From assembly GCA_944362965.1 (NCBI GenBank), contig CALVTR010000005.1, positions 3,700-67,699 on the forward strand: a stretch of 64,000 bases of DNA, written 5' to 3'. Every line of letters starts with the position of its first letter. Positions within the stretch are counted from its first letter, which is position 1. The notes below the pieces were generated by a model, which did no database searches, was not told the DNA's origin, and saw only the letters and a program-made list of their open reading frames with translations. The stretch is from an uncultured Clostridia bacterium (GTDB lineage Bacteria > Bacillota > Clostridia > Christensenellales > UBA1242). Positions 9,027-20,085 of the stretch are shown here, in pieces. The position numbers and the translations under genes are program-made.

Positions 9027-11252
9027 TTATATAAACCATTTTTTGTTGTTATTTTGCTGAGTTTTCTTTGTTTTTATAAAGCTTATAGTGTCAGTCTCTT
9101 TAATTTCAGGTGAAAGAGTGTAGTAATATTCAACTTCAACACTTTGTTTTGCTTGCGACAATGGTAGAGTAACTGTTTGCTCACCATTTTTGCCACTGAT
9201 AGTTGTCTTTTTACCATTTGTGATAAAATTGTAAGTCACATAGTCTTTAGCATCAAAGTCAATAATTGCATTATTATTTTCAACCTTGCTATTAAAAGTG
9301 GTCTTATCAATTTTAGTGAACTTATTAGAAATATCACTAGGTAAATTCAGCATTGAAAATATCTCTTTTTGCGTATAACGCTCTGGCATATAGGTGTTTG
9401 CTAAAACAACTCTATGATTTTCATTTAGTTCAGTTGTATCAATCTGCCGTTCAACAATATTGTCAGGTTTTATAAATTGTGAGTTGTCATCCACACTTTC
9501 AAAATAATTTTTCACAATTTCAGTTGGCTGATTGCCGCCTGCATAACTAATTGGCGTGTTATCAAGATTGCCAAGCCAAATGCCGCAAGTCTGCTCTTTA
9601 GTGTAAGAAACATTCCAAGCATCTAAATTTTGTTTTGAATTAGGTTTGCCAACAGTTCCTGTCTTTGATGCAATATCTTGGTTTAGGCTTGCAAGTTTCT
9701 TCGCAGTTCCGCTTTCAGCACAAGTTCTAAGCATATCGGTTAAAAGATAGGCACTATCTTCTCTTAAAACTTCCTTTTCTTTAGGCTTATTTATGTAGAC
9801 AAGTTTATCATTTTTATCGGTTATAAAAGATACAAATCTAGGTGTAGCATATACGCCGCCATTAGCAAAGGTGGAATAAGCACCTGCAAGCTGCTCGATA
9901 TTAACGCCATACGTCATACCGCCAAGAGCAAGGGTATAACTGTCATCTTTTTCATCAAATTCAATACCCATTTCTTCGGCGTAGGCTTTAGCTTTATCTA
10001 TTCCAACGTAAGAAAGCACCTTGACCGCTGGCACATTTATTGATTTTGAAAGCGACTCTCTCGCGCTGACATACCCATGATAAACTCCACCCACATTTTT
10101 AGGTGTATAGTCAGAAATGGTGGTCTTTTCATCAAGGATTTGAGAACAAGGATAGATGATATCTTCATTTAATGCAGGGGCGTATACAAGCACAGGCTTT
10201 ATGCAAGAGCCGGGTTGCCTTTTTGCATCCAATATTTTGTAGTTGCTGTTTCCAATGTAAGCAACAACAGCGTGACGCTGATTGTCTATAACAATTCCAG
10301 CATAATCACTATCTATTTCCTGTCCTTTAATAGCTTCCGACAATGCTTTTTGCTTATCCTGATTTTGATATGTATAAATTTTATAACCCTTTAACGCTAT
10401 TTGCTTTGCGGGCAGCCCAAGCACAGTCTCAGCTTCATCAATGGCGGCTTGACTATATGAATTTAATCTATTTTTTCGCTCACCATTTATGTTTAGCTTT
10501 ATGTCGCTATTTTTTGCTCTATTATATTCTTCTGTTGAAAGCAGTCCATCCCTGTTCATTTCAGATAAAACAAGATTGCGTCTTGATAGCGAGTTGTCAT
10601 AATTTTTTATAGGTGAGTATTTAGCAGGAGACTTTATAAGTCCCGCAAGCATAGCCGCTTCTTCAACAGATAGGTCCTTTGCGTTCTTAGAAAAGTAGTA
10701 GTTTGCCGCACTTTCTATTCCATAGCAGTTGTTTCCAAAATAGATAATATTTAGATATTGCTCTAAAATTTGGTCTTTTGTATATTTGTTTTCTATTTTC
10801 TGAGCAAGAGCAACTTCTTTTATCTTTCTCTCGAAGGTCTTTTCACTTGTAAGTTGTGTATTTTTAACAAGCTGCTGCGTTATAGTTGAGCCGCCTTCTT
10901 TAAGTTTTCCTGCCTTAAGATTGTTTAGCATGGCTTTCACAATTCTTTTGTAATTTACGCCTTTATGATTATAGAAATTCTTATCTTCAATAGAAATAAA
11001 GGCATTTTTAGTGCTGTCTGAAAGAGAGTTTATGCTTGCAAAAGCTTTGTTAAGTTCATTGTCTTCCTTTATAGGTATGTTTTCGCTGTCATAGACTTTC
11101 ACGTTAACGTAAGGTGAAGACAACGCTTCTTCATCAAGTTTCATAGCTCTTGCACTGATATAGATTGAAGAAATATAAAAAGATACTCCTATCAAAGCAG
11201 CAAGAAATAGCAAAAGAATAATAATAAGTGTAACTTTAATAAACTTTTTCAT
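9027..11252 (-). CDS. Class A penicillin-binding protein (transglycosylase/transpeptidase)
   Basis: N-terminal TM; EDKNFYNH, GGSTITQQLVKN, RKIKE glycosyltransferase motifs; SCIK, SIN, KTG transpeptidase motifs. Confidence 0.93.
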   Translation of the reverse strand: MKKFIKVTLIIILLLFLAALIGVSFYISSIYISARAMKLDEEALSSPYVNVKVYDSENIPIKEDNELNKAFASINSLSDSTKNAFISIEDKNFYNHKGVNYKRIVKAMLNNLKAGKLKEGGSTITQQLVKNTQLTSEKTFERKIKEVALAQKIENKYTKDQILEQYLNIIYFGNNCYGIESAANYYFSKNAKDLSVEEAAMLAGLIKSPAKYSPIKNYDNSLSRRNLVLSEMNRDGLLSTEEYNRAKNSDIKLNINGERKNRLNSYSQAAIDEAETVLGLPAKQIALKGYKIYTYQNQDKQKALSEAIKGQEIDSDYAGIVIDNQRHAVVAYIGNSNYKILDAKRQPGSCIKPVLVYAPALNEDIIYPCSQILDEKTTISDYTPKNVGGVYHGYVSARESLSKSINVPAVKVLSYVGIDKAKAYAEEMGIEFDEKDDSYTLALGGMTYGVNIEQLAGAYSTFANGGVYATPRFVSFITDKNDKLVYINKPKEKEVLREDSAYLLTDMLRTCAESGTAKKLASLNQDIASKTGTVGKPNSKQNLDAWNVSYTKEQTCGIWLGNLDNTPISYAGGNQPTEIVKNYFESVDDNSQFIKPDNIVERQIDTTELNENHRVVLANTYMPERYTQKEIFSMLNLPSDISNKFTKIDKTTFNSKVENNNAIIDFDAKDYVTYNFITNGKKTTISGKNGEQTVTLPLSQAKQSVEVEYYYTLSPEIKETDTISFIKTKKTQQNNNKKWFI

Positions 11253-11433
11253 CTTTCTTATTATGTAACTTTATTGCACAAATTATTTACTATATATGAT
11301 AATTTTTAATTGAAAATTTTAAGCAATTATTGTATAATTGAAATATATGTCGAAAGAATTGCCGTCAAAAAATGTAGCTATTTTTGTTGGCAATAATATT
11401 AAAAACTTTTTATTTACGGAGCAAAAATCAATA

Positions 11434-12561
11434 ATGAAATATTTTATAGTAACTTATGGTTGTCAAATGAATGTGCATGAGTCGGAGAAAATTGCAGGAA
11501 TTTTAGAAAAACTAGGCTACAGCGAAGGCTCGTCACGCGAAGAAGCTGATATCATTGTTTTCAACACTTGCGCTATAAGAGAAGGTGCAGAAGACCGAGT
11601 TTTTGGTAATGTGGGCAATTTAAAGAAGTTAAAAAAGAAAAACAAAAACCTAATTATCGCAGTTTGCGGTTGTATGACACAAAAAGAGCAAACAGCACAA
11701 AAACTTATGAACACCTTTCCGTTTATAGATATAGTTATTGGAACGTTTAACTTGCCAAAACTTGGCTATTATATTGAAGCGGTCAAAAAGGGCAGACAAC
11801 TTGAAATCCTGTCAGAAGGCGATATAGATGAAACACTGCCATATAAGCGAACAAGTGGAGAAAATGCATGGGTAAATATAATGCAAGGCTGCAATAACTT
11901 TTGCACATATTGTATAGTTCCTTATGTTAAGGGCAGAGAGAAGTCACGTAAAGAAGATAAGATACTTGACGAGATAAGGGGAATTATAAGCGAAGGCAAA
12001 TACAAGAAGATAACGCTGTTAGGTCAAAATGTCAACTCTTATGGGCATGACCTTAATGACGGCGTAACCTTTGCCAAGCTTTTAAGAGATATCTGTGCTC
12101 TTGATGGCGATTTCACCTTATCTTTCATGACGTCGCACCCAAAGGATTTAACTGATGACGTTATAGACGCAATCGCAAGTGAAGAAAAAATAGAGAAATT
12201 TATTCATCTGCCAGCACAAAGCGGCAATAACAGAATTTTAAAGCTTATGAATAGAAAATACACAAGAGAAAAATATCTTGAAATCATTGACAAGATAAGA
12301 GCAAAAATACCTAATTGCCGAATAACCTCTGACTTTATTGTGGGCTTTCCAACAGAAACTGAAGAAGAATTTTTAGACACCTTAGACCTTGTGCGTCGCG
12401 TAAAATACGATAGCATTTTTGCTTTCATGTATTCGCCACGTGAAGGAACTGTGGCAAGCAAAATGGAAGGGCAGATTCCAGACGAAGTGAAACATGACAG
12501 AGTAAACAGACTGCTTGCACTTGAAAAGAGTTTGCAAAAGGAGACAAAGGATGAAAAGTAA
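11434..12561 (+). CDS. miaB: tRNA-i6A37 methylthiotransferase MiaB (apparently lacking TRAM domain)
   Basis: TYGCQMNVHESE, NTCAIRE, IMQGCNNFCTYC, TSHP; miaB-mutS-mutL-miaA synteny; start at ATG 11434 inferred. Confidence 0.92.
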   Translation: MKYFIVTYGCQMNVHESEKIAGILEKLGYSEGSSREEADIIVFNTCAIREGAEDRVFGNVGNLKKLKKKNKNLIIAVCGCMTQKEQTAQKLMNTFPFIDIVIGTFNLPKLGYYIEAVKKGRQLEILSEGDIDETLPYKRTSGENAWVNIMQGCNNFCTYCIVPYVKGREKSRKEDKILDEIRGIISEGKYKKITLLGQNVNSYGHDLNDGVTFAKLLRDICALDGDFTLSFMTSHPKDLTDDVIDAIASEEKIEKFIHLPAQSGNNRILKLMNRKYTREKYLEIIDKIRAKIPNCRITSDFIVGFPTETEEEFLDTLDLVRRVKYDSIFAFMYSPREGTVASKMEGQIPDEVKHDRVNRLLALEKSLQKETKDEK

Positions 12562-15178
12562 TGACCTATCGCCAGCAATGACGCAATATTTGCAGATAAA
12601 AGAAAAATATCAAGACTGTATTCTATTCTATAGAATGGGTGATTTTTATGAAATGTTCTATGATGATGCTGTGATTGCTTCAAGAGAACTTGACCTAATA
12701 TTGACAGGCAAGTCTTGCGGAACTGAGAAAAAGGCTCCAATGTGCGGCGTTCCATACCATTCAGCGCAAACCTATGTTGCAAAGCTTGTCGCAAACGGAC
12801 ATAAAGTTGCAATTTGCGAGCAGCTTAGCCTTCCACAAAAAGGTGTCAAAACTCTTGATCGTGATGTTGTCAGAGTTATAACACCAGGCACTCTCATTGA
12901 TGAAGAGATGCTTGAAGGGCAAAAGAACAACTATCTTATGTCAATATACAAAAATGGCGACAAAATTGGTGTAAGCTATGTGGACATCTCAACAGGAAAT
13001 TTTGAAGTGCTTTCCATTACAAATAAACTTGAGAGCCAGCTAAATGACCTTATTTCAAGGGTTTCACCATCAGAGATTATTGGAAATAAAGAAGCCGCAG
13101 ACTTTTATAATAATCTTCCTATCGTTAGGCTCGGCACGGCAACAAAGCTCAATAAATATTATGAATGGGCTTTTTCAAAATCAAGGGCAACAGACAATCT
13201 TTCAAAGCAGTTTGGGGACAACTTTGAAGCAGTCTATGATTTAAAGGGCAAGAGCGAAATAATATGTAGCGGCGGAGCACTCTTTGAATATCTAAATGAA
13301 ACTCAAAAGCGATTCTTAAAAAATATAAATAAAATAGAAGTTGTCAAAAATAAGGACTTCATGACCATTGATATGAACACAAGACGCAATCTTGAACTTG
13401 TTGAGTCAGGCTATGATAGAAGAAGAGCAGGCTCGCTTATCTCTGTCATAGATAAAACAAAAACTGCAATGGGAAGGCGTTATTTAAGAAAAATGATTGA
13501 CGAGCCTTTGCAAGACCCTAAAGCCATAAATAAGCGACTAAATGCTGTTGGGTATCTAGCAAAAAAACTGATACTTAGAGATAGAATAGCTGAGAGTTTG
13601 CTTGGCATGAGCGATATTGAAAGACTTGCAGGAAGAGTTGCGTATGGCAATATTGAGCCTAAAGGAATGGTTCAACTTAAAGTCGCACTTATGAAGCTTC
13701 CTGCTCTTAAAGACATTTTGAAAGATATTGACGACCCTTATCTTATAGAGTGCCGCGATGATATAATAGACGTAAGTAATGTAGCCGAGATGCTTGATAA
13801 GGCCATTGATGAAGACAAACTTAATGAAAATAATGTCAAACTAAAAGATGGCGGTTTTATCAAGGCGGGCTTCAATAAAGAGCTTGACGATTATAGAAAT
13901 GCAAAAGAGCTCGGAAAAACTTGGGTTGAAGAACTTGAGAAAAAGGAAATTGAAGCAACTGGCATCAAGAATTTAAAAATTCAGAGAAACAAAGTGTTTG
14001 GTTATTTTATTGAAGTGAATAGAAGCCAAATAGACAAAGTTCCAATAAGGTATGTCAGAAAGCAGACCGTTGCGAATAACGAACGCTATATCACAGAAGA
14101 CTTAAAGGTTATAGAAGACAAAGTTCTTGGCTCTGAAGAAAAGGCGATAGAGCTTGAAAACAATATTTTAAATGAGATAAAGAATATTCTATCTAAATAT
14201 ATTTTAACCTTCCAACAAATTTCTCAAGGCATTTCAAAACTTGACGCAATCTATTCTCTTGCTGAAGTTGCGGTTAAAAATAACTACGTAAAACCAACAA
14301 TAAATGGCAGTGTCAAACAACTTAAGATAATAGATGGCAGACATCCGGTCGTTGAGCAATATTTAAATCGTGGGCAATTTGTAACAAATGACACTTTGCT
14401 TGATGAAGATGAAAATAAAATCATGATAATAACAGGTCCCAATATGGCGGGCAAAAGCACATATATGAGACAGGTCGCTCTTATAACTCTTCTTGCCCAT
14501 ATAGGAAGTTTTGTTCCAGCAAAGGAAGCAACCATTCCTATAACTGACAGAATATTCACAAGGGTTGGCGCCAGTGATGACTTAGCCTTTGGACAAAGCA
14601 CATTTATGGTTGAGATGAGCGAAGTTGCAAATATCCTAGCAAACGCAACAGATAAAAGCCTTATCATACTTGATGAAATAGGCAGGGGAACTTCAACGTT
14701 TGATGGTCTCAGCATTGCATGGGCGGTGGTCGAATATCTGTCAAAGAATTTTAAATCAAAAACCTTGTTTGCAACTCACTATCATGAACTTACAGAGCTT
14801 GAAGGTGTGCTTGACGGCGTAAAAAATTATAAGATTACCGTCAAAGAACTTGACGATGATGTTATCTTTTTACGAAAGATTGTCAGGGGCGGTGCAAACA
14901 AAAGCTTTGGTATAGAAGTTGCAAGACTTGCAGGCGTGCCTAAAGAAGTTATAGAAAGGGCAAAAGAGATTTCAGTAAATCTTGAAAAGGTAAATCAAAA
15001 ACTAGACCTAAATGTATTTAAAGAGAATAAGCAAAAGGCTGAAGACAACACAAAACTTGCGCTCGCTCTTTTATCAATCTTGCGTGATATTGATATGAAT
15101 AGGGTGACACCAATGCACGCGTTTGACCTGCTTAATGATTTAGTTTTGCGTTCTAAGGAGAAAGATAATGAAGATTAA
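12551..15178 (+). CDS. mutS: DNA mismatch repair protein MutS
   Basis: FYRMGDFYEMF, TGPNMAGKSTYMRQ, STFMVEM, DEIGRGTST, FATHYHELT. Confidence 0.98.
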   Translation: MKSNDLSPAMTQYLQIKEKYQDCILFYRMGDFYEMFYDDAVIASRELDLILTGKSCGTEKKAPMCGVPYHSAQTYVAKLVANGHKVAICEQLSLPQKGVKTLDRDVVRVITPGTLIDEEMLEGQKNNYLMSIYKNGDKIGVSYVDISTGNFEVLSITNKLESQLNDLISRVSPSEIIGNKEAADFYNNLPIVRLGTATKLNKYYEWAFSKSRATDNLSKQFGDNFEAVYDLKGKSEIICSGGALFEYLNETQKRFLKNINKIEVVKNKDFMTIDMNTRRNLELVESGYDRRRAGSLISVIDKTKTAMGRRYLRKMIDEPLQDPKAINKRLNAVGYLAKKLILRDRIAESLLGMSDIERLAGRVAYGNIEPKGMVQLKVALMKLPALKDILKDIDDPYLIECRDDIIDVSNVAEMLDKAIDEDKLNENNVKLKDGGFIKAGFNKELDDYRNAKELGKTWVEELEKKEIEATGIKNLKIQRNKVFGYFIEVNRSQIDKVPIRYVRKQTVANNERYITEDLKVIEDKVLGSEEKAIELENNILNEIKNILSKYILTFQQISQGISKLDAIYSLAEVAVKNNYVKPTINGSVKQLKIIDGRHPVVEQYLNRGQFVTNDTLLDEDENKIMIITGPNMAGKSTYMRQVALITLLAHIGSFVPAKEATIPITDRIFTRVGASDDLAFGQSTFMVEMSEVANILANATDKSLIILDEIGRGTSTFDGLSIAWAVVEYLSKNFKSKTLFATHYHELTELEGVLDGVKNYKITVKELDDDVIFLRKIVRGGANKSFGIEVARLAGVPKEVIERAKEISVNLEKVNQKLDLNVFKENKQKAEDNTKLALALLSILRDIDMNRVTPMHAFDLLNDLVLRSKEKDNED

Positions 15179-17216
15179 CGTTCTAGAGGCAAGGGTATAC
15201 AATAGAATATCCGCAGGCGAAGTTGTTGAAAAACCGGCATCAATAGTCAAAGAGCTTGTTGAAAACAGCATTGACGCAGGTGCCAAAAACATTAGAATAG
15301 AGATAGAAGAAGGCGGAATAAAAAGCATCACCGTTTCAGATGATGGCTGTGGTATTGATAGAGATGATATCATGGTAGCCTTTTTGCCGCATGCAACAAG
15401 CAAGATAAAGGATGTTGACGACCTTGATAATATACAAAGTCTAGGTTTTAGGGGAGAAGCTCTCGCAAGCATCTCTTCAGTATGCCAAGTCAAACTTTCA
15501 ACTAAAACTGCAGATTCACAAGTAGGCTACATGGTAAAAGTAAATGGCGGCATCTTTGATAAGGTTGTGGAAACTGCAAGGTCTAATGGAACAACAATAA
15601 CCTGTGCAAACCTTTTCTTTAATACTCCTGCTCGGGCTAAATTCTTAAGAAAACCTAAAACTGAAGAGGCTGAAATAACGCATTTAATAGAGAAATTTAT
15701 GCTTTCAAACAGCCATATAGCCTTTGCATACTATGTCGATGGAAAGCAGGTTTATAACACAACATCTTGTGATATGCAAGACATAATATATACGATATAC
15801 GGAAAAGAAGTGTATGATAATTTAGTTGAGCTTAACTATGAAGACAGCGGTTATAAAATCTCGGGTTATGTTACAAAGCCAAAAATATCAAAGAGCAACA
15901 GAACATATCAAACGCTCTTTGTCAATGGCAGATGCGTTGAAAATTTCCTTATCTCAAATGCAGTTCAAAGCGTATATGAAACATTTTTGATGAAAGGAAG
16001 GTTTCCTGTCTATGTGATTTCTATAACCTTGCCAGCTGACTGCGTCGACGTCAATGTGCATCCATCGAAAAAAGAAGTTAAATTCGAAAACCCAAATAGA
16101 ATGTTCAGTATGGTGCGTAAGGCAGTTGAAAACGCACTGCTTTCAACCAATCAAATTGCTAATTTTATGTTTAGCGAAGAAGATTATTTGACCGCTAAGA
16201 AGGACAATTTGAATAGCATTCTCAATGGTGATAATAGTTTTGTCCAAGATAAATCAACTATTCAAACTATTGCAGATAACAACTTTAGTAATACTGAAGT
16301 TAAAGAAGAAAATATAGAAAATCAAAACTATAACAAAAGACCTAATCTGACAGGGCAAGGACATAGCTTTAGTGTAGATTTATTCGATAGGGATGAGAAA
16401 ATTATAGATCCTAAAGAATTTGAAATCAAAGTTGAGAAAGCTCAAGATGTTGTCAATAATTCAAACAAAAACATAATAGACGGAAATGGTAAAACAAATC
16501 CAGAACTTGACGATTTGTCAAATATGTCAATCAAGGATAAATATATAACAACTACAAATAATAATTCAACTTTCTTTTTTGACCAATCTGGAGAAAAATT
16601 TACTGGGCAGTTAAAGTCAGCTGAGCAAAACTTTTTGCAAGCATCAGTTAAAGACGAAATGAAAATTCTTGGCACGTTGTTTAAAACTTACATTGTGATA
16701 GAGCTTGATGACAGCGTATATTTTATTGACCAACATGCAGCGCATGAGAGACTACTATTTGACAAGCTTGTAAAACTAGTTGACGAAGGAAATGTTGCAA
16801 GACAAGAGCTTCTCGCTCCATATACTTTCACACTTGGTGCAAAAGAATCTCAAAATCTTGACCTAGCACTTGATGATTTGCAAAAGATGGGCTTTAATAT
16901 TGAAAAAACAGATTATACCTACAAGATAACAAGCGTGCCTTATGTGCTTTCTTATATAGAGCTTGATAAGTTTGTAGATGAACTTATTAAAGATAGTATA
17001 AGCTGGGACAAAAAGCCAAGCGATTTTATTCACAACAAACTATGTCAATCAGCATGCAAACATGCGATAAAAGCGGGTGACAGTTTGTCAAAAGATGAAT
17101 GTGCATATCTTATAGAGCAAGTCAGAAAGGGTGTTATGCTTTGTCCACATGGCAGACCAATCACGCTTGTTATAACAAGATATGAGTTTGAGAAGATGTT
17201 TAAGCGTGTTGTTTAG
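15168..17216 (+). CDS. mutL: DNA mismatch repair endonuclease MutL
   Basis: ISAGEVVEKPASIVKELVENSIDAGA, GFRGEAL, DQHAAHER, ACK, CPHGRP. Confidence 0.98.
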   Translation: MKINVLEARVYNRISAGEVVEKPASIVKELVENSIDAGAKNIRIEIEEGGIKSITVSDDGCGIDRDDIMVAFLPHATSKIKDVDDLDNIQSLGFRGEALASISSVCQVKLSTKTADSQVGYMVKVNGGIFDKVVETARSNGTTITCANLFFNTPARAKFLRKPKTEEAEITHLIEKFMLSNSHIAFAYYVDGKQVYNTTSCDMQDIIYTIYGKEVYDNLVELNYEDSGYKISGYVTKPKISKSNRTYQTLFVNGRCVENFLISNAVQSVYETFLMKGRFPVYVISITLPADCVDVNVHPSKKEVKFENPNRMFSMVRKAVENALLSTNQIANFMFSEEDYLTAKKDNLNSILNGDNSFVQDKSTIQTIADNNFSNTEVKEENIENQNYNKRPNLTGQGHSFSVDLFDRDEKIIDPKEFEIKVEKAQDVVNNSNKNIIDGNGKTNPELDDLSNMSIKDKYITTTNNNSTFFFDQSGEKFTGQLKSAEQNFLQASVKDEMKILGTLFKTYIVIELDDSVYFIDQHAAHERLLFDKLVKLVDEGNVARQELLAPYTFTLGAKESQNLDLALDDLQKMGFNIEKTDYTYKITSVPYVLSYIELDKFVDELIKDSISWDKKPSDFIHNKLCQSACKHAIKAGDSLSKDECAYLIEQVRKGVMLCPHGRPITLVITRYEFEKMFKRVV

Positions 17217-17365
17217 TAATATTCGTTTTAAACTAATTTTGAATAAAATTCTGTAAAAATAATTTTAAATTTATTTTTATGTAATATAAGCTTAAAAAAT
17301 ATAAAACAAAATATATTGTTATTTAAACATAATTATTTTATTTCCGATTTTTTTATAGGTGTTTC

Positions 17366-18286
17366 ATGAAGATTACAAACAAACCAAAAGTTTTATTTAT
17401 TCTTGGTCCAACGGGAAGTGGAAAATCAGACATTGCAGTTAAACTTGCTTTAAAATACAATGGTGAAATCATTTCCGCTGATTCTGTTCAGGTTTACAAT
17501 GAATTTAATATAGGCTCAGCAAAAGTGACAAAAAGCGAGATGGGTGGTATAACTCACTATGGCATAGATATAAAGTCGCCAACTGAAGAGTTTTCTGTCT
17601 ATGATTATGTGCAATATACTTTGCAAAAGATAGAAGATATAACAAAAAGGGGAAAACTTCCAATAGTAGTTGGCGGAACAGGGCTATATGTTAAGTCGTT
17701 AATAGAAGGCTATAACTTTGGAGATACCGAAAAACACCAAGATTTCCGCGAAGAACTTGAAGAAGAAATAAAACAGCACGGGCTTGACTATGTTTATCAA
17801 AAACTTTGTCAAAAGGATGGTAAACTTGCAAGCACTATTGATAAAAACAACCCTTCACGAGTTATCAGGGCTCTTGAAATTGCAACCTATGGCAGCGGAA
17901 AGGAAAAAACTAATAATTGCCAATATGATTTCAAAATTATCGCAATAACACTTGATAGGGAGAAACTTTATGCAAAAATCAATGCAAGGGTTGATAAAAT
18001 GATTGAGAGCGGCTTGATAGAAGAAGTGAAATCACTTTATAATAAGTATGGCGAGAGCGTTCAGCCAATGAAAGCTATTGGCTATAAAGAAGTTTTGTCG
18101 TATTTAAAGGGAGAAACTCAAAAGCAAACCATGATAGACTTAATAAAACAGCATACAAGAAATTATGCGAAAAGGCAGCTTACTTTTTTGCGTGGAATTA
18201 ATAATATCACCTATATTGACAACAATGATAAAGAGAAGGCATTTTCAGATGCTTGTAAGGAGATAGAAAAATGGCTACAAATGTAG
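17366..18286 (+). CDS. miaA: tRNA dimethylallyltransferase
   Basis: GPTGSGKS, IISADSVQVY, VGGTGLY, TRNYAKRQLT. Confidence 0.97.
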   Translation: MKITNKPKVLFILGPTGSGKSDIAVKLALKYNGEIISADSVQVYNEFNIGSAKVTKSEMGGITHYGIDIKSPTEEFSVYDYVQYTLQKIEDITKRGKLPIVVGGTGLYVKSLIEGYNFGDTEKHQDFREELEEEIKQHGLDYVYQKLCQKDGKLASTIDKNNPSRVIRALEIATYGSGKEKTNNCQYDFKIIAITLDREKLYAKINARVDKMIESGLIEEVKSLYNKYGESVQPMKAIGYKEVLSYLKGETQKQTMIDLIKQHTRNYAKRQLTFLRGINNITYIDNNDKEKAFSDACKEIEKWLQM

Positions 18287-19494
18287 ATAAAATTTTAAAA
18301 GAAACCGAAAAGAAATTGCAACCACAATTTGAAAGAATTGAGCAAATAGCATTTAAAAATCAAAAGAAGGTTTTGCAAGCTTTTATTGACATGAGAGTCT
18401 CATCTCAATGTTTTGCAGGCACAACGGGCTATGGCTATGATGATGTGGGCAGAGACACCTTAGCGAAGGTTTACGCAAAGGTATTTGGCGGTGAAAAAGC
18501 TATTGTTTCACCAATCTTAACTTGTGGCACTCATGCAATAACAACAGTTTTGTATGGGCTTTTAAGAGCGGGAGACACAATGCTTTCCGTCACAGGTTTG
18601 CCTTATGACACACTCCATGAAACCCTTTTTGGCAAAGGCAATAGTTCGCTTGAAGACTATGGCGTGAAGTATAAGCAGATAGATTTAAACGAAGATAGCA
18701 CTTTCAAATTAGATGAGATCTATTCGGCTATTAAGGAAATAAATCCTAAGGTTGTCTATCTTCAAAGGTCAAGGGGGTATAGTAGCAGAAAAGCGCTTTC
18801 TCCTTATGATATGAAGGAGCTTTTTGATAATGTCAAAAAACTGTCAAAAGACTGCTTTATTGTTGTTGATAACTGCTATGGTGAGTTTGTAGACGATATA
18901 GAGCCAACCGATGTTGGTGCAGACGTTATAGTCGGCTCGCTTATCAAAAATCCGGGCGGGGGACTTGCTCCAACAGGTGGCTATATTGTTGGCAGTGAAA
19001 AAGCGATATACCTTATTTCAACTCGTTATACCAATCCCTCACTTAAGCTTGAAGTTGGCTCTTTTGAAATGGGCTATAGGCTATTCTATCAAGGACTATT
19101 CTTAGCTCCACACACAGTCGCTCAGGCACTAAAAGGCACAGCTCTTGTTGGACAGATAATGCAAGACAAGGGCTATAAAGTTATTCCATCAAATCAGGAA
19201 AAGCCAGAAGATATTGTCAAATCAGTGGTATTCAACACAGCGGAAGAGCTTATCAAATTTGTTCAAACAGTTCAAACGGTGTCTCCAATAGATGGCTACG
19301 TTCTTCCACTTGCTTGGGATATGCCAGGCTATCAAGATAAGGTGATTATGGCAGCAGGAACCTTTGTTGGCGGCTCATCGATAGAGCTTTCATGCGATAG
19401 CCCGATAAGAGCACCATATATTGCCTATTTTCAAGGCGGCTTGACATATGAGCACGTTAAAGCCTTTGCAGAAAAACTTATTGAAATATATTGA
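18271..19494 (+). CDS. PLP-dependent methionine gamma-lyase family protein (YnbB-like)
   Basis: TTGYGYDDVGRD, VDNCYGEF, GSLIKNPGGGLAPTGGY, VIMAAGTF; position after miaA. Confidence 0.88.
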   Translation: MATNVDKILKETEKKLQPQFERIEQIAFKNQKKVLQAFIDMRVSSQCFAGTTGYGYDDVGRDTLAKVYAKVFGGEKAIVSPILTCGTHAITTVLYGLLRAGDTMLSVTGLPYDTLHETLFGKGNSSLEDYGVKYKQIDLNEDSTFKLDEIYSAIKEINPKVVYLQRSRGYSSRKALSPYDMKELFDNVKKLSKDCFIVVDNCYGEFVDDIEPTDVGADVIVGSLIKNPGGGLAPTGGYIVGSEKAIYLISTRYTNPSLKLEVGSFEMGYRLFYQGLFLAPHTVAQALKGTALVGQIMQDKGYKVIPSNQEKPEDIVKSVVFNTAEELIKFVQTVQTVSPIDGYVLPLAWDMPGYQDKVIMAAGTFVGGSSIELSCDSPIRAPYIAYFQGGLTYEHVKAFAEKLIEIY

Positions 19495-19552
19495 TGACTA
19501 TAAAATCCATTTTTGGGCTTCATAATTTGATGGTAAAAAATTGGCGGTGTTT

Positions 19553-20012
19553 ATGAAAAATAGATTTTATTGTGCTGAAGTTTGGCCTTTTTATTTACTA
19601 ATGGCTCAGCCGTTATTAATAAGTATCATATTGCTATTATGCAAAGAATGGTTGCCAGTGCTTTTCTGCTTTATTGCATTCTTATTTTTTGCGATTCCTT
19701 GTATTATATGGCGTAAACTATTTTTTGCAAAAATAGAGTTCTCGGAATTTGGGGTAAGTAAGGTCTATGGCAAAGAAGTTATAAATAGTATAAAATGGGA
19801 AGATATAGTTGAGATAAGAGCGTTGCCTCAAAATTTTATATATCTTAGATAAACCTTATGATAAAAGTATATTAAGTAAACCAAAAACAAATATTTGTTT
19901 TTGTATAACAGGTGAAAAATTAGATGCTTTTCTTCAGTTCAAAGAGAAATTTCAAGACAAGATTACAGATATATCTATTTTAAGTAAAAAGCTTCAAGAG
20001 CGATTTTATTGA
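19553..20012 (+). pseudogene. Frameshifted small membrane protein gene
   Basis: 2-TM ORF stops at 19852, but an open +1 frame continues (LDKPYDKSILSKPK...QERFY, stop 20012) across a TATATAT tract near 19837-19843. Confidence 0.6.
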
Positions 20013-20085
20013 CTTTATAAATTAAGCAGTATTATCTTTATTATATATTTGTTCTTTTTTCGACAAAATACTCATAGAATGGAGT

